Of a stretch of DNA of 64,000 nucleotides, positions 10,861-21,355 are shown one piece after another. The stretch covers positions 1-64,000 of IMG/VR virus record IMGVR_UViG_3300044953_000102, one strand, 5' to 3'. This DNA is from a virus. Position 1 is the first letter of the stretch. Every line of letters begins with the position of its first letter. A program made the position numbers and the translations under genes. A model generated the notes under the pieces. It saw only the letters and a list, made by a program, of their open reading frames with translations. It made no database searches and had not been told where the DNA came from.

Positions 10861-10871
10861 AGTTCAAAGTT

Positions 10872-10907
10872 AAAAAAAAAAGGGGGACAGCCGAAGCCAT
10901 CCCCCTT
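10872..10907 (-). terminator. Intrinsic terminator
   Basis: GC-rich stem with CUUCGG loop followed by a long T run on the - strand, downstream of the 10928-12217 gene. Confidence 0.75.
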
Positions 10908-10927
10908 AAATTGATAATTATTCATCA

Positions 10928-12217
10928 CTAAAAGAAGTCAGGAACTTTGTCCGTGTCTTCATTAGTATCGTCAGTAAAATCTAAACCAAAGTTGTCAGGT
11001 TTTACTAATGTTGCTGCAATGTCAAATATACTAGGAGTTCCTTTTTCTTCTGCAAAAAGTTCTTCGTTAGATTTATCTATGTCAAAATCTGATCCTTTCA
11101 TATAAGATGCATTCTCACCAGTATATTCTTGATCCTCTGCAGGCTCATATGGTGGAACATCATCTTCAGGAGCAGCTTCTATTGGTAGATTCATCCAATC
11201 ATTTAAATCTTCTTCATCTTCTGGATCTTCCAATTGGTTAGTATCACTAACCACCTCATTATGAAAATTTATAGCTTCAAAAGTATTTCCAACTGGATCA
11301 GTATAAATAATAACCTCTTCTTGAGCTGCATATCTTACATCTTCATCCATTTGATCTGCTTCTAAATCAGCTCTGTTAGCTTGTTCTGCTTCTGCAATAG
11401 CAATCAAATCTAATAAATCCACCTGATTAGGATTAACTACAGGTGTGTTAGCATTAATATCTGTTGGAACAGGTACAACTATCTGTGCAGGTGCACTGCA
11501 CTGTTGAAAGTTATTAACAGTTGAAATAAAATAATGTAACACACGTTGATCTTCCATCCAAGTTTTAGGATGAGAATGCTGCAAAGCAATAGTCACAAAG
11601 TTGTAGAATGCCCACAAGCTGTTACTATCAGTATAGACATGACTAGGTCTTTCCATCTGTTGTCTTACAATACTAGCCTGCTCTGTAGTAAGAATCTGAT
11701 ACTCCGCAAACAAGATACCCAATAACTGAGCTTGTTTTCTCTTGTTCAGTGTGATACCCTTCATAGCTTCTTTGTCAGAGCATAACTGATTATAATACAT
11801 ATGTGCATTAGCTATTTGATCTTGTATGGTTTTAATTGTCTCTTCATCAGCTGTTCCAGTATGTTTTCTGGCCCAGCTTCCCATATCTCCACAAACCATA
11901 GTAGTTCCGGTCAAATTAATATAACCACCAACACCACACTTAAATCTTACTTGTTTGTTATAACTGTTTGTCCAAGCAAACATCATTGACAGCTCAGGGT
12001 CACTATTAAAATTTAACTTGTAAATCCCGTGAGCAATTTGTCCATCAGCAGTACATCTGTACTCCTCACTAATAACACTGAAACCTGCAGTAGCAAGCTC
12101 AGTATATACATAATCCATAACAGATTGGTGACTAATTACAGTATAACTAGCACCATGATTTGGTAGAGGCACACTAACTAAGTGTGCCTTTGTACATTCA
12201 GCAATTTTCTTTGGCAT
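10928..12217 (-). CDS. DUF932-like protein with long acidic C-terminal tail
   Basis: SYTVISH..NSYNK..CG..WARKHTG..SLWAFYNFVT pattern; D/E-rich tail. Confidence 0.65.
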   Translation of the reverse strand: MPKKIAECTKAHLVSVPLPNHGASYTVISHQSVMDYVYTELATAGFSVISEEYRCTADGQIAHGIYKLNFNSDPELSMMFAWTNSYNKQVRFKCGVGGYINLTGTTMVCGDMGSWARKHTGTADEETIKTIQDQIANAHMYYNQLCSDKEAMKGITLNKRKQAQLLGILFAEYQILTTEQASIVRQQMERPSHVYTDSNSLWAFYNFVTIALQHSHPKTWMEDQRVLHYFISTVNNFQQCSAPAQIVVPVPTDINANTPVVNPNQVDLLDLIAIAEAEQANRADLEADQMDEDVRYAAQEEVIIYTDPVGNTFEAINFHNEVVSDTNQLEDPEDEEDLNDWMNLPIEAAPEDDVPPYEPAEDQEYTGENASYMKGSDFDIDKSNEELFAEEKGTPSIFDIAATLVKPDNFGLDFTDDTNEDTDKVPDFF

Positions 12218-12219
12218 AA

Positions 12220-14118
12220 TTAAAATAAACTAAGTTGTGTTATAATAGGCTCAAGATCCCTTATCTCTTTATAGATCTTGTCCAGATAATAATCATAATT
12301 GATATCATAATCTGTAAATGGTTTTTCTTTGTAATCTATCATCAAAGTCTGCAACCACTTACCTGCTTCTATTTGTATTTCTCTATTGTCAGAGTTGTTC
12401 TTTTTAATCACTTTACTTCCAGTATTAGAGATAAAATATCTGATAGTATGTTGTACTTTTTCAATTAAATACTCTCCACCAACAACCTTGTGTTCATAAA
12501 AATTCCAATCTCCTTTAATTTTTACCCCGCCACAAAAATCAAATATATTTGTGACAGATTTAATAAACTCTTCGGGTCTAATTCCATCTACAAAATATGC
12601 ATGAATTGCTTTGGGAATAATCAGAAAACTTTTGTTTTTATGCATTGCTAAGTCTGCAAATTCAAACCTACCTTTACACTTAGATTTACCATCTTCTGTT
12701 ATAGCAATGTAATTATTTACATCTCCCAAAATAATCTTAGAATACTTGTCGTGTTCTAGTTGTAGATTAGTAATCTTCTCCCATTTTGCACAAATCTCCA
12801 TATATTTATCTACATGCTGTCTAGGGATCATAGTCTCCAAACCATCTGTGTTCTGCATTAGTGGAACAGCATTTGGTATTTCTTCACAGATCATCTCATA
12901 CAACATAGTAAGACTAAGCTGACCATTAATAGTAATTCTCATAGTAAACTCTGGGTCATACAAGAAACTATTCTCATCATTAGATAAACCATAAGTTGAA
13001 TTTAGAATAATCTTGTATACATAGTTCTTGGGATCATGCTTAGGAATCTTTTTCCTTTCCTCAAAAAACCACTCATATAGATTACAGAATTCTTCTTTAG
13101 GTAAATGAGCTGGTGCCCATTTATTTCTAATAGCAAGATTGGGATAGAAACTAGTAACGTCAGACATCATTATAATCATCTCCTCATTAGATGCATATAC
13201 TTTAGTAGATCTAGCACCATGAACACCACCCAAACCAAAATCTGTTTGGACACCTTTATACCTTACAGAATATTTAAACCCACCTTTTGTTCCTCCGGGA
13301 TAGATAACTACGTCCTGGAACTTTTTCAAAAGATTCTGAAAGGTGGCTGTTTTAAATTCTACATAAGGTAGTATAATGTCTTTAACAGTTATTCTTTCTC
13401 GACTTGTTCTCATTTTTCTTAGCTCATACTGTTTAATTCCAGTCTGTTTACTAAGAAAAAATAGAAACAGTTCTTTAGATATTCTTGGCTCAGATGCAGA
13501 ATATAAATCTATTCCATACTCATTTGTTAATTGTCTACGCAAATCTATCTGATTTTTACAGAGATGCATAATCTTTTTAGTGGACTGAACATCATTAATA
13601 CAATATTTGACTATTTCAGGTATTTGTTCTGCTGTAACTTCAGTAGTATGATGAATAGGCATATCAATAATGTTATGCCAATCAATTGTATACTGTATCC
13701 ACTTAAGACTAGATCTTTTAGCATTATTATCCCAATGGTTTAGTTTATAAAGATCTAATTGTCTAATTTTTAAATCTTTAGGGGCATACTCTTGAAAGTC
13801 ACCATTATTACTTCTGTTAATTATATCTTGTGATTTGTCATAAATAAATTTTGCAACATCATCACCGTATAATTTTAACAGAGTTTTTTTATTTCTTAAA
13901 ATGTGCTCGGTAATTTGACTATCAAAAGCAAGACCATTGAAACTTACATGCCATTCATCATAATCAATATTTCTTTCTAGAAATGTAATTAGTTCTATCA
14001 GATCATTTCTAGACTCATGAATAATAAAAACTTCTTGATCTGTGGATTTTACTCCGTCAAAGCAGGCTATGAAACAGTTGGATAATGTTTCATAGTCCAT
14101 TACATAGTGTTGCCTCAT
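12220..14118 (-). CDS. polB: Family B DNA polymerase (crAss-like)
   Basis: Exonuclease motifs DYE, FNGLAFD, YCINDV; polymerase motifs SDVTSFYPN, KIILNSTYG, NTDG. Start moved to the ATG at 14118 because the longer call overlaps a terminator region. Confidence 0.92.
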   Translation of the reverse strand: MRQHYVMDYETLSNCFIACFDGVKSTDQEVFIIHESRNDLIELITFLERNIDYDEWHVSFNGLAFDSQITEHILRNKKTLLKLYGDDVAKFIYDKSQDIINRSNNGDFQEYAPKDLKIRQLDLYKLNHWDNNAKRSSLKWIQYTIDWHNIIDMPIHHTTEVTAEQIPEIVKYCINDVQSTKKIMHLCKNQIDLRRQLTNEYGIDLYSASEPRISKELFLFFLSKQTGIKQYELRKMRTSRERITVKDIILPYVEFKTATFQNLLKKFQDVVIYPGGTKGGFKYSVRYKGVQTDFGLGGVHGARSTKVYASNEEMIIMMSDVTSFYPNLAIRNKWAPAHLPKEEFCNLYEWFFEERKKIPKHDPKNYVYKIILNSTYGLSNDENSFLYDPEFTMRITINGQLSLTMLYEMICEEIPNAVPLMQNTDGLETMIPRQHVDKYMEICAKWEKITNLQLEHDKYSKIILGDVNNYIAITEDGKSKCKGRFEFADLAMHKNKSFLIIPKAIHAYFVDGIRPEEFIKSVTNIFDFCGGVKIKGDWNFYEHKVVGGEYLIEKVQHTIRYFISNTGSKVIKKNNSDNREIQIEAGKWLQTLMIDYKEKPFTDYDINYDYYLDKIYKEIRDLEPIITQLSLF

Positions 14119-14150
14119 AATTAATTTAGTTAAGCTGTTTCCCCTTAAAA

Positions 14151-14179
14151 ACAAAATGGGGCAACCTAAGTCACCCCAT
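14151..14179 (-). terminator. Hairpin/terminator upstream of polB
   Basis: ggggtgac-TTAG-gttgcccc followed by a T-rich tract on the - strand. Confidence 0.55.
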
Positions 14180-14194
14180 GGTGACCTAAATTAC

Positions 14195-14548
14195 TTACTT
14201 TTCAGATTCAGTCATAAAAGAAGCATAATCAAATTCATTTGCATTTGATGCAAAGAAATGAATTATGTCTTTCATGGCTACTAAATCTTCCACATAAAAT
14301 TCTTGGAAGACTTCTAGTTTATGTCTTTCTTGTTTTACTCCTTTAGTACCAGCAACAGCTTGTCCATATTCATCCAATTTTGGAAGCATATGTAATGCTG
14401 TCTTTTTGATTTTAGAAATAATTACAAAGACTTTTGTTCCTGGATCATAGATACATTCCACGTATGGACATTGATCTGAAGTAGGAATCATTCTAAAGGT
14501 TTGTTGTTCTTGCCATGTAGCTTGAACTAACATCATTGAGTTATTCAT
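14195..14548 (-). CDS. Hypothetical protein
   Basis: 117-aa ORF in operon, preceded by TAAATTTG. Confidence 0.75.
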   Translation of the reverse strand: MNNSMMLVQATWQEQQTFRMIPTSDQCPYVECIYDPGTKVFVIISKIKKTALHMLPKLDEYGQAVAGTKGVKQERHKLEVFQEFYVEDLVAMKDIIHFFASNANEFDYASFMTESEK

Positions 14549-15137
14549 TTTCTGTTGGTTTTGACAAATTTAATAAATTATTTTCTTCTATACTACCTAA
14601 ATCTGCAAGTTCTAAAACTAATGTTTCTTTTTCAAAATCAGGTTTACTACACAATTCTCCCACTTGAATTAACATTTCAATGTCAACACCTAACAGTTCT
14701 GAATAATTACTAAAATATTTTTCGGGTATTAAGTAACTATGCATATAGGTATAATTTCCACTGTATTTATCAAAAAAGTCAAGGATCTTTTGCTTTAATT
14801 TTATGTTCATTTTACTGTATTTCCCATTTATAAAATGAGACCAATCATCACTTAAATCAGAAAAATCAAATGTAAGTACTGCTTGAGAACCAATTTTAAC
14901 ATAGTCATGCAACCTGTTATGTAATAACAAAGTATTCTTCTCAAAGAACTTGTACTCATCATCTTTTCTAATATCATAAACACATATTAATTTCATATCC
15001 TCAGAGGTATAGCATCCTTCCCAGCAAATATAAGTTTCTACTGGAACAACACTTACACCTCTTTTAATACCCAAGAGCGGATATAAAAACACCTTGGATT
15101 TTTGAAAATACTTTGTATAAACAGAATTTAAAGCCAT
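14541..15137 (-). CDS. Hypothetical protein
   Basis: 198-aa ORF in operon. Confidence 0.75.
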   Translation of the reverse strand: MALNSVYTKYFQKSKVFLYPLLGIKRGVSVVPVETYICWEGCYTSEDMKLICVYDIRKDDEYKFFEKNTLLLHNRLHDYVKIGSQAVLTFDFSDLSDDWSHFINGKYSKMNIKLKQKILDFFDKYSGNYTYMHSYLIPEKYFSNYSELLGVDIEMLIQVGELCSKPDFEKETLVLELADLGSIEENNLLNLSKPTENE

Positions 15138-15142
15138 AAAAT

Positions 15143-16159
15143 TTACAATTTCACATTACCAAATATTAAGTCATACGGTAGTGTAAAGTCTTTGTTTTTA
15201 TAATGATATTTTACCATATCACTTACTTCATCAAAGTCTTGCTGCCATATGGCCATTGTCTCTCTTGAGACTTGAAATGGATAAGCTTGGTTGTATTTGT
15301 CTATTACAATAAATGTAAAGTATAACTGCCACTCACCCAAATCTGGTAAATCTTTTAAGAATTTGTGAAATACAAGTTTCTCATATAACACTGCCTGAAC
15401 CCAATACTTGTAATATTGCACAGACTCAGGAAATTCTAATAAAGATTTACCTGTAGTCTTAAGGTCATTGATAAATATTGTTTTAGATTCTCTATCTATC
15501 ACAAGGTTATCTATTACACCCTTAAAACCATATGGTAGATAATCCACGTCAACCTGCACTTGCAACTCACTATACACTTCTATGTGATCATCTGTTTCTG
15601 CCCTATCAAATTGTAGTAATTGTCTTATGTCTTTATTAGACTTAAATACCTCAACACTTGCTCTACAGCCATCTAGAGTAGGTTGATCAACTACCGTTTT
15701 ATCACGGGCTTCTTTAAGAAAATTAAAGTATTGTTTGTTTTCCTCTGTGAGTATCTTATCAAGTCTCTGTTGATCTGTCTTAAGTGTTTGGTAGAGATTA
15801 GCTGTGAGTAGCTCTGTAAGTATATCTTGTGAGTAGTCCTCCAAAGATAGGGAATTATTTTCTATTGACAAGTGTGTCTTGAAAATATTATCAATAATTT
15901 TCTTCTGACTATCTGTTGGAATCTTGCCCGGCATGCTTGTAAAATAATCATCATACTTATCCTCTTCAAACAAGAGACAGTGTATGACCCTACCTGCTAC
16001 CAGGTGAGGGCCAACACTATCTTCTCTGTTGTTGAGCACATAATGATTATAGAATGCTACCGGAGAATAAAGAAGCTTACTAATGCTAGAATAACTAAAG
16101 TAAAACTTTTCTTTATAGAATTTTTCTAGTTCCTCAGAACCATTCAAAGTCATCTCCAT
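15143..16159 (-). CDS. PD-(D/E)XK exonuclease (RecB/exonuclease VIII-like)
   Basis: FSYSSI..GRVIHCLL..FKGVIDNL..INDLKT..YWVQAVLY. Confidence 0.8.
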   Translation of the reverse strand: MEMTLNGSEELEKFYKEKFYFSYSSISKLLYSPVAFYNHYVLNNREDSVGPHLVAGRVIHCLLFEEDKYDDYFTSMPGKIPTDSQKKIIDNIFKTHLSIENNSLSLEDYSQDILTELLTANLYQTLKTDQQRLDKILTEENKQYFNFLKEARDKTVVDQPTLDGCRASVEVFKSNKDIRQLLQFDRAETDDHIEVYSELQVQVDVDYLPYGFKGVIDNLVIDRESKTIFINDLKTTGKSLLEFPESVQYYKYWVQAVLYEKLVFHKFLKDLPDLGEWQLYFTFIVIDKYNQAYPFQVSRETMAIWQQDFDEVSDMVKYHYKNKDFTLPYDLIFGNVKL

Positions 16160-17366
16160 TTGTTTCTTCTATTTGATTGTTATTTAACTCTTCATGCGGA
16201 GTCTCATCTTGAGCTCCTAACTCTTCTTCAATAGCAATTAACTCTGACCTAAGTTCAGCTCTTTGAATGTTAGTTATTGCAGCTTCTATAAGTTCATCAG
16301 TAACTATTTCATCTACAGGATCTGTGACCTCAAGTTCTTCAGGATTAATTAAGTTAAGAGATGTTAAATTAAGTTTGTCAAGATATTCTTGTTTAATAGT
16401 AACTTCTTTGATTTCAAAAACTTCATCATATGCAATTCTTATATGAATATTATTAGCATACTCTTTATACAATATCTTAATCATATCTAAAGTTAACAGA
16501 CCCTTTCCATCTATTATTTTGATTATATTATCAGCATTAAAACTACTTATTTGTCTTGGAACCCAATTAAAATAAGCCAGCATAGACTTGAAGTTCACAT
16601 GATTTTTAGTATGTGTATTAGATATTACAACACTAAAATCACTTATTAGCATCAGTAAGTACACAACACTATTTTCATAATGAGAGTTAGCCATAATTTC
16701 CATAGCTAGGATATGATTGTCATCATCAGAGCTTTCAAACATAGTTTTTAGCTGTTTATAAACATCATAGTCTATAACTGTAGAATCATCACCATTGATA
16801 TTAGTAAGCAACTCTGACTCACAATAAATTGGTTTACCCTGAATAGCATCATATGTTTCTTGATACTCTGGTTCAATACCATAAACATATTGACTTTCAT
16901 AGATGGTAAAATCGTCATTACATAGAGTATTTTTCATGTCTGACCAACCTGAACAAACTTTGGTAGTACCTGTATTTAATATTGCTGTTTCTAGTTTGTC
17001 AATGTAATACTGATCATTGCAAAGATTTTTTACATTTTTAAGAATTTCATTTGCATCTGCAACATAATACCAAGTAGATGTAGTTAGTTTACCCACACTA
17101 CTTTTACCAGTAAATACTACATTAGCTTTTTCTGGATCTCTTACTACTCTAATACCAAGATTGAGTGCAAGATCCCTTAGTTTCATTCTTGGGATATTAA
17201 CTCCCGGCAATAGATATATTGTATCTCCTTTTGTAGGAACATATCCTTTTGAATTTACAAATGTAGCAACTGAATCTGCTAGTCCCTCTACAATAGATAC
17301 ATCAAGACCACGAATTACATTATAATCTGAACCATTAGTTAGTTCAACATGAACAAATTTTTCCAT
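16134..17366 (-). CDS. Hypothetical protein, possible N-terminal BRCT-like domain
   Basis: 410 aa; IYLLPGV..LGIRVVRDPEKANVVF resembles BRCT; acidic tail. Confidence 0.65.
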   Translation of the reverse strand: MEKFVHVELTNGSDYNVIRGLDVSIVEGLADSVATFVNSKGYVPTKGDTIYLLPGVNIPRMKLRDLALNLGIRVVRDPEKANVVFTGKSSVGKLTTSTWYYVADANEILKNVKNLCNDQYYIDKLETAILNTGTTKVCSGWSDMKNTLCNDDFTIYESQYVYGIEPEYQETYDAIQGKPIYCESELLTNINGDDSTVIDYDVYKQLKTMFESSDDDNHILAMEIMANSHYENSVVYLLMLISDFSVVISNTHTKNHVNFKSMLAYFNWVPRQISSFNADNIIKIIDGKGLLTLDMIKILYKEYANNIHIRIAYDEVFEIKEVTIKQEYLDKLNLTSLNLINPEELEVTDPVDEIVTDELIEAAITNIQRAELRSELIAIEEELGAQDETPHEELNNNQIEETNGDDFEWF

Positions 17367-17384
17367 AATTTAATTTATAAAGAT

Positions 17385-17408
17385 TAGGGGAGTATTACCT
17401 CCCCCTAT
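17385..17408 (-). terminator. Hairpin / probable terminator
   Basis: ggggag...ctcccc inverted repeat between the MoxR gene and the next gene. Confidence 0.5.
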
Positions 17409-17463
17409 CTTAGTTTTTAATTTGTATTGTTTTTATTTAAAAGGGAAACCCTTTACGTTTGTT

Positions 17464-18633
17464 TTACTGGATAGCCATCTTCACCACGTTAGTATTCTGC
17501 ATGAGCTTACTGAATTTTACCTTATTTCCGTTCACTATCTCTTTGACCATATAATATCTAAGGTCATTTGTAAATGCATCACATTCAGTAGTAAGGACTG
17601 CTAATCTGTCAATTACTCCTGCAGGAACTGAACTTTTTTCAGCTTGAACAAGTGAATAATTAATCAATCTGGTGGCAATAACACTAGAAATGTCGGCTCT
17701 AAAATCATCATCTTTACCAACTGCATTTGTTAGAGCTCCCATTACATAGTCTTTATCTTTTGTCAAGATATCTTCAGGAGAAATAATCCTATCAAGTTTA
17801 TTATTAATAAACATAGTAAACATAGAACTAAAATCTGCTCCAACAGAACCTTCACCAATCATCTGAACTAGTGGTAATGAATCTTCAAACTTATCAATAG
17901 AACTAATTGCATTAAAGAATGTAGTAATAGATCTTGGATTTACTCTTTGAGTTACCAACTCTGGGTGCATCAACATAAAGTTAATACATCTACCATCTAT
18001 TCCTGCATTCTCAGCCCACTTAGCCCATACATCTGAATCATATTTTAACTCAACAGAGATAAATCTAGTCTTTTGAGCTACATCAAGAGAAGTAACATTA
18101 TAATCACCATTATCTGGATTAGTAGTCAAGATAACATGCCAGTTCTTTGGTAACTTCCAAGAGACATATTCTTGTCTATCTAAAATCTCCATTGTTGCTT
18201 GCATAAAGCGGTGATCCGCACGAGTATAGTCATCAAGAATTAAGAAACCACCCTCTCCTTTACCCTGAATCCACTCAGGAGCAGCATGAGACATTCTCTT
18301 TCCAATAACCTTATAACCCTTTACAGTTGCAGCATTTATCTGAGACTCATTTATCCATGTAGTCTTACCTTCAGAATTTTGAATTTCAAATTCTTTAACT
18401 GGAAAACCAACTAAGTCACCCAATTCTTCTAACTGAGATAAATTCAATTTTACAATTTGCATATTAAGCTCTTTACCTAATTGCATAATAGCAGAAGTCT
18501 TACCAAGACCTGCATCACCCTCAATATTAATTGCTACAGGTACTTTACCTTGAGCTTGTATATGCTGGTTATTGTTAACCATGTGCTTAATAAAACCTTT
18601 TAACTCTTCAACATTTAGTTGTACTTGACTCAT
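17464..18633 (-). CDS. MoxR-like AAA+ ATPase
   Basis: Walker A GDAGLGKT, Walker B LILDDYTRA, TTNP sensor, Arg finger TRF; near a VWA gene. Confidence 0.85.
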   Translation of the reverse strand: MSQVQLNVEELKGFIKHMVNNNQHIQAQGKVPVAINIEGDAGLGKTSAIMQLGKELNMQIVKLNLSQLEELGDLVGFPVKEFEIQNSEGKTTWINESQINAATVKGYKVIGKRMSHAAPEWIQGKGEGGFLILDDYTRADHRFMQATMEILDRQEYVSWKLPKNWHVILTTNPDNGDYNVTSLDVAQKTRFISVELKYDSDVWAKWAENAGIDGRCINFMLMHPELVTQRVNPRSITTFFNAISSIDKFEDSLPLVQMIGEGSVGADFSSMFTMFINNKLDRIISPEDILTKDKDYVMGALTNAVGKDDDFRADISSVIATRLINYSLVQAEKSSVPAGVIDRLAVLTTECDAFTNDLRYYMVKEIVNGNKVKFSKLMQNTNVVKMAIQ

Positions 18634-18645
18634 AACTCTTTTTTT

Positions 18646-19386
18646 TTATAATTCTAATTTAATCACTTTACCTTTGCACTTAAATCCGTGTGTAAGTGCT
18701 TTTCTAACTGTGCCCTCATTAGCATTTAATAATAATGCAGCTTCTTTAACACTTGATACAATTACTTTTTCAGTACTATCAATAATGCTAATTTTCTTAA
18801 TAGAATACGGTTTTCTATTTTTTTTAGATATACATGAAATTGAATCAAACTTTTCTCTTCTCCATTGAAAGCCTTTTGAAGATTTATAGTTTCCAATTGC
18901 AGCATCTCCTATAGACTGCTCATTACCATTAACTGCTAATGCAGCTTCTCTTATTGTATCATATTCATTTACATATTCTCCTTCCAAAGTATATTGATAT
19001 ACTTTTACTGAAGCATGATTTTCCTTGCCTAACCTTTTATTTGTATTAGCCATACTTAACTTTTTTCTTGTTTCATTACTCTTTGCATGTGTTACAGGAT
19101 CTCTCTCTACATTTACATCACAGTTATAATACTCAATATAATAAGCTTCTCTTTCTACATAATTATTACAAATTTCAATAAGTTTAAAACTTATATCATC
19201 TGGATATTTATCATAGATTCTTTGTAAAAAACTATTATAGTGTTTTTTATTTTTTAACGCAAGCCTATGTTGTTTATATCTAGCATATAAATTAATACTG
19301 CTTCCAATGTATTTGTGAAAATTGCACTCAATAAGATATACTCCAGATTTCTTAATTAAATCTTCTTTTAATGCTAGTAACTTCAT
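18646..19386 (-). mobile_element. Free-standing GIY-YIG homing endonuclease with NUMOD-type DNA-binding repeats
   Basis: SGVYLI..YIGSS..R..H; SNETRKKLS (NUMOD3-like); VYQYTLEGEYVNEYDTIREAA (NUMOD1-like); own TATATTTG promoter; interrupts the VWA-MoxR pair. Confidence 0.88.
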
Positions 19387-19432
19387 ATACAAATATACAC
19401 ATAAAAAATGTGATTAAGTAATTAAATTAGAA

Positions 19433-20611
19433 TTAAAGTTCAAGTTTGATAACTTTTCCAGGAAGACTATCATTCATGTGTGATCTTTCTGACAATACCC
19501 AAAGGACATTACCTTTTGGTACTACAGATGTATAACACTCACCGTCAGTAAAATACACCAGGCTAGTATATTTCTTTTGGTTAGCATTATAATAATCCAA
19601 GACAGGATCAAACTCTGTTCCTCCTCTTCCTGCTACATTTATTTCATGTTTTCCTTTATAGGGTTCAATAGATCTAATACTAGTATCACATTGCACTACA
19701 GTAACATCTACACCTACTTTGTAAATATGGTGAATCTCTCCCATGAATTCTTGTAGTTCAGAATCACTCACAGAACCTGAAGTATCAATAGCTAACAACA
19801 TGTGTTGTTTCATTTTAATCTTTAGACCCGGATTGTCAGAGAATCTTCTGTTTTCTTTTCTACGGATTTTTTTAGTAAATACCTTTGTGCTCACTCCAGT
19901 AAACCTTCTAATATATCCTCTCCAATCAAACTTAGGTGGAACTATTTCCTCAATAACAATTACTCCTTCTATTTCACCCGGAATATTTCCACGCTTCTTG
20001 ATAGTCTGTTCTTTAGCATCAGATAAAACTTTCTGTAATTGTTTCTCTATTAACTTCTTCTCAGCTTCACTAAGATTATCAAACTCCTCCCATGTACTGT
20101 GATCCGGTCCTTCTCCATTAGCTACTTGGTCAAGTAACTTATCCATATCCTCATTACCACATGTACCTTTCTTATCCTTCTCATCCTGAAACTGATTAAG
20201 CTTGTCATAATAATATCTACAACCAGCTTTTCTTTCAAGATTTAGATCATTATAGTCATCTATATCTATTCCTTCCTCTGGCAACCAGTCTTTATCTATA
20301 TATTGATTGATTTCCATATCCATTGCAACATTAGCAAGTTTCTTATTCTTAAAAGAACTAAAACTTGTAAGGTGTCCAAAAGCAATATGAAGTAATTCAT
20401 GCTTTAGTAACCCCATCTTATGCATCTCACTCAGACCTGTCCAGAATTCTTCATTAATTGCTAACTGGAAGTTGATACCATTCTTACTCACACCTGCAGT
20501 GGGAAGATCTTTTCTCCATACTTTGTTGAGCATAATAAGAAAGAACCCATAATAGGGCTCTTTCAACATCAGCTCTTTACTAATTTTACTTAGACTTTTC
20601 TGTTTGTCCAT
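19433..20611 (-). CDS. Metallopeptidase + VWA-like domain protein (DUF2201-type), MoxR partner
   Basis: HELLH, NVAMDMEINQ, MIDAS motif DTSGS, GRGGT, FTDG. Confidence 0.88.
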   Translation of the reverse strand: MDKQKSLSKISKELMLKEPYYGFFLIMLNKVWRKDLPTAGVSKNGINFQLAINEEFWTGLSEMHKMGLLKHELLHIAFGHLTSFSSFKNKKLANVAMDMEINQYIDKDWLPEEGIDIDDYNDLNLERKAGCRYYYDKLNQFQDEKDKKGTCGNEDMDKLLDQVANGEGPDHSTWEEFDNLSEAEKKLIEKQLQKVLSDAKEQTIKKRGNIPGEIEGVIVIEEIVPPKFDWRGYIRRFTGVSTKVFTKKIRRKENRRFSDNPGLKIKMKQHMLLAIDTSGSVSDSELQEFMGEIHHIYKVGVDVTVVQCDTSIRSIEPYKGKHEINVAGRGGTEFDPVLDYYNANQKKYTSLVYFTDGECYTSVVPKGNVLWVLSERSHMNDSLPGKVIKLEL

Positions 20612-21014
20612 CTTCTTTTAGTTTTATATCTAACTCAAATTTATCTGTGGGATACCCCATAGCATCTAACATCTTAGTCATGTCTCTAATAAAATATTCT
20701 AAGAATAATTCTATTGATTGCTTACTAGATTTATTTGCTGTCATTAGTGAAAGTACTTCTCCAGAGCTTAGTTTATTTTCCCAATCTCCATTAAACTTCT
20801 CTATCCTTTTTACTATAAACTCATGTGCAGGTTTACAGTCTTGTTCCCAACTACTCAAGTTATACTCACCATATTTATACATTACCATTATCTCCCCAAT
20901 ATGTTTTTTAAGATCTAGATCTTCTATTATCTTAAAAGCTACAAGTCTATTATCCTTGTCGGGAGATCTTAGCATTCCAATCAGATTTTTTACTTCTTCT
21001 TTTGTTAAAATCAT
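20586..21014 (-). CDS. Hypothetical protein
   Basis: 142-aa coupled ORF; carries MLRSPDKDN motif. Confidence 0.75.
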   Translation of the reverse strand: MILTKEEVKNLIGMLRSPDKDNRLVAFKIIEDLDLKKHIGEIMVMYKYGEYNLSSWEQDCKPAHEFIVKRIEKFNGDWENKLSSGEVLSLMTANKSSKQSIELFLEYFIRDMTKMLDAMGYPTDKFELDIKLKEDGQTEKSK

Positions 21015-21355
21015 CAGTCTTCAATTTTTAAAGTTTTAATCATCCACTCTGTAGGTGTATTTATATTATCAACCCATTCTTTAGCACTTGGAATATATCC
21101 ATTGCAATCCTCTTTCACATGTTGTTCTCCAATGTACCTAACATACACTGTTTTACCCACTGAATTTACAAAAGAAATCCCAAATATTTGCTCAAGTTGA
21201 AATATACCCTCACTGTGATGTCTGAACATTCTATGTTTAGAATGTCCTATCCAAGCTTTTGTCTCATCAAACCATTCATGATATCTTAAATACTCATTTG
21301 GTTCACCTCCCCATTTTTTAGAAGAGGACTTTGCATGTTCATAAGGATGTGACAT
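21014..21355 (-). CDS. DUF6915-like His-rich protein
   Basis: MSHPYEHAKSS.KKWGG..H.WFDETK..HR..RHHSEGIF..EQHVKED. Confidence 0.7.
   Translation of the reverse strand: MSHPYEHAKSSSKKWGGEPNEYLRYHEWFDETKAWIGHSKHRMFRHHSEGIFQLEQIFGISFVNSVGKTVYVRYIGEQHVKEDCNGYIPSAKEWVDNINTPTEWMIKTLKIED

Noticed and set aside
11072-11095. GSDFDIDK in the DUF932-like protein resembles the DFDID catalytic loop of crAss virion RNA polymerases
   Set aside because: It lies in a low-complexity acidic tail with no surrounding polymerase fold; most likely chance.
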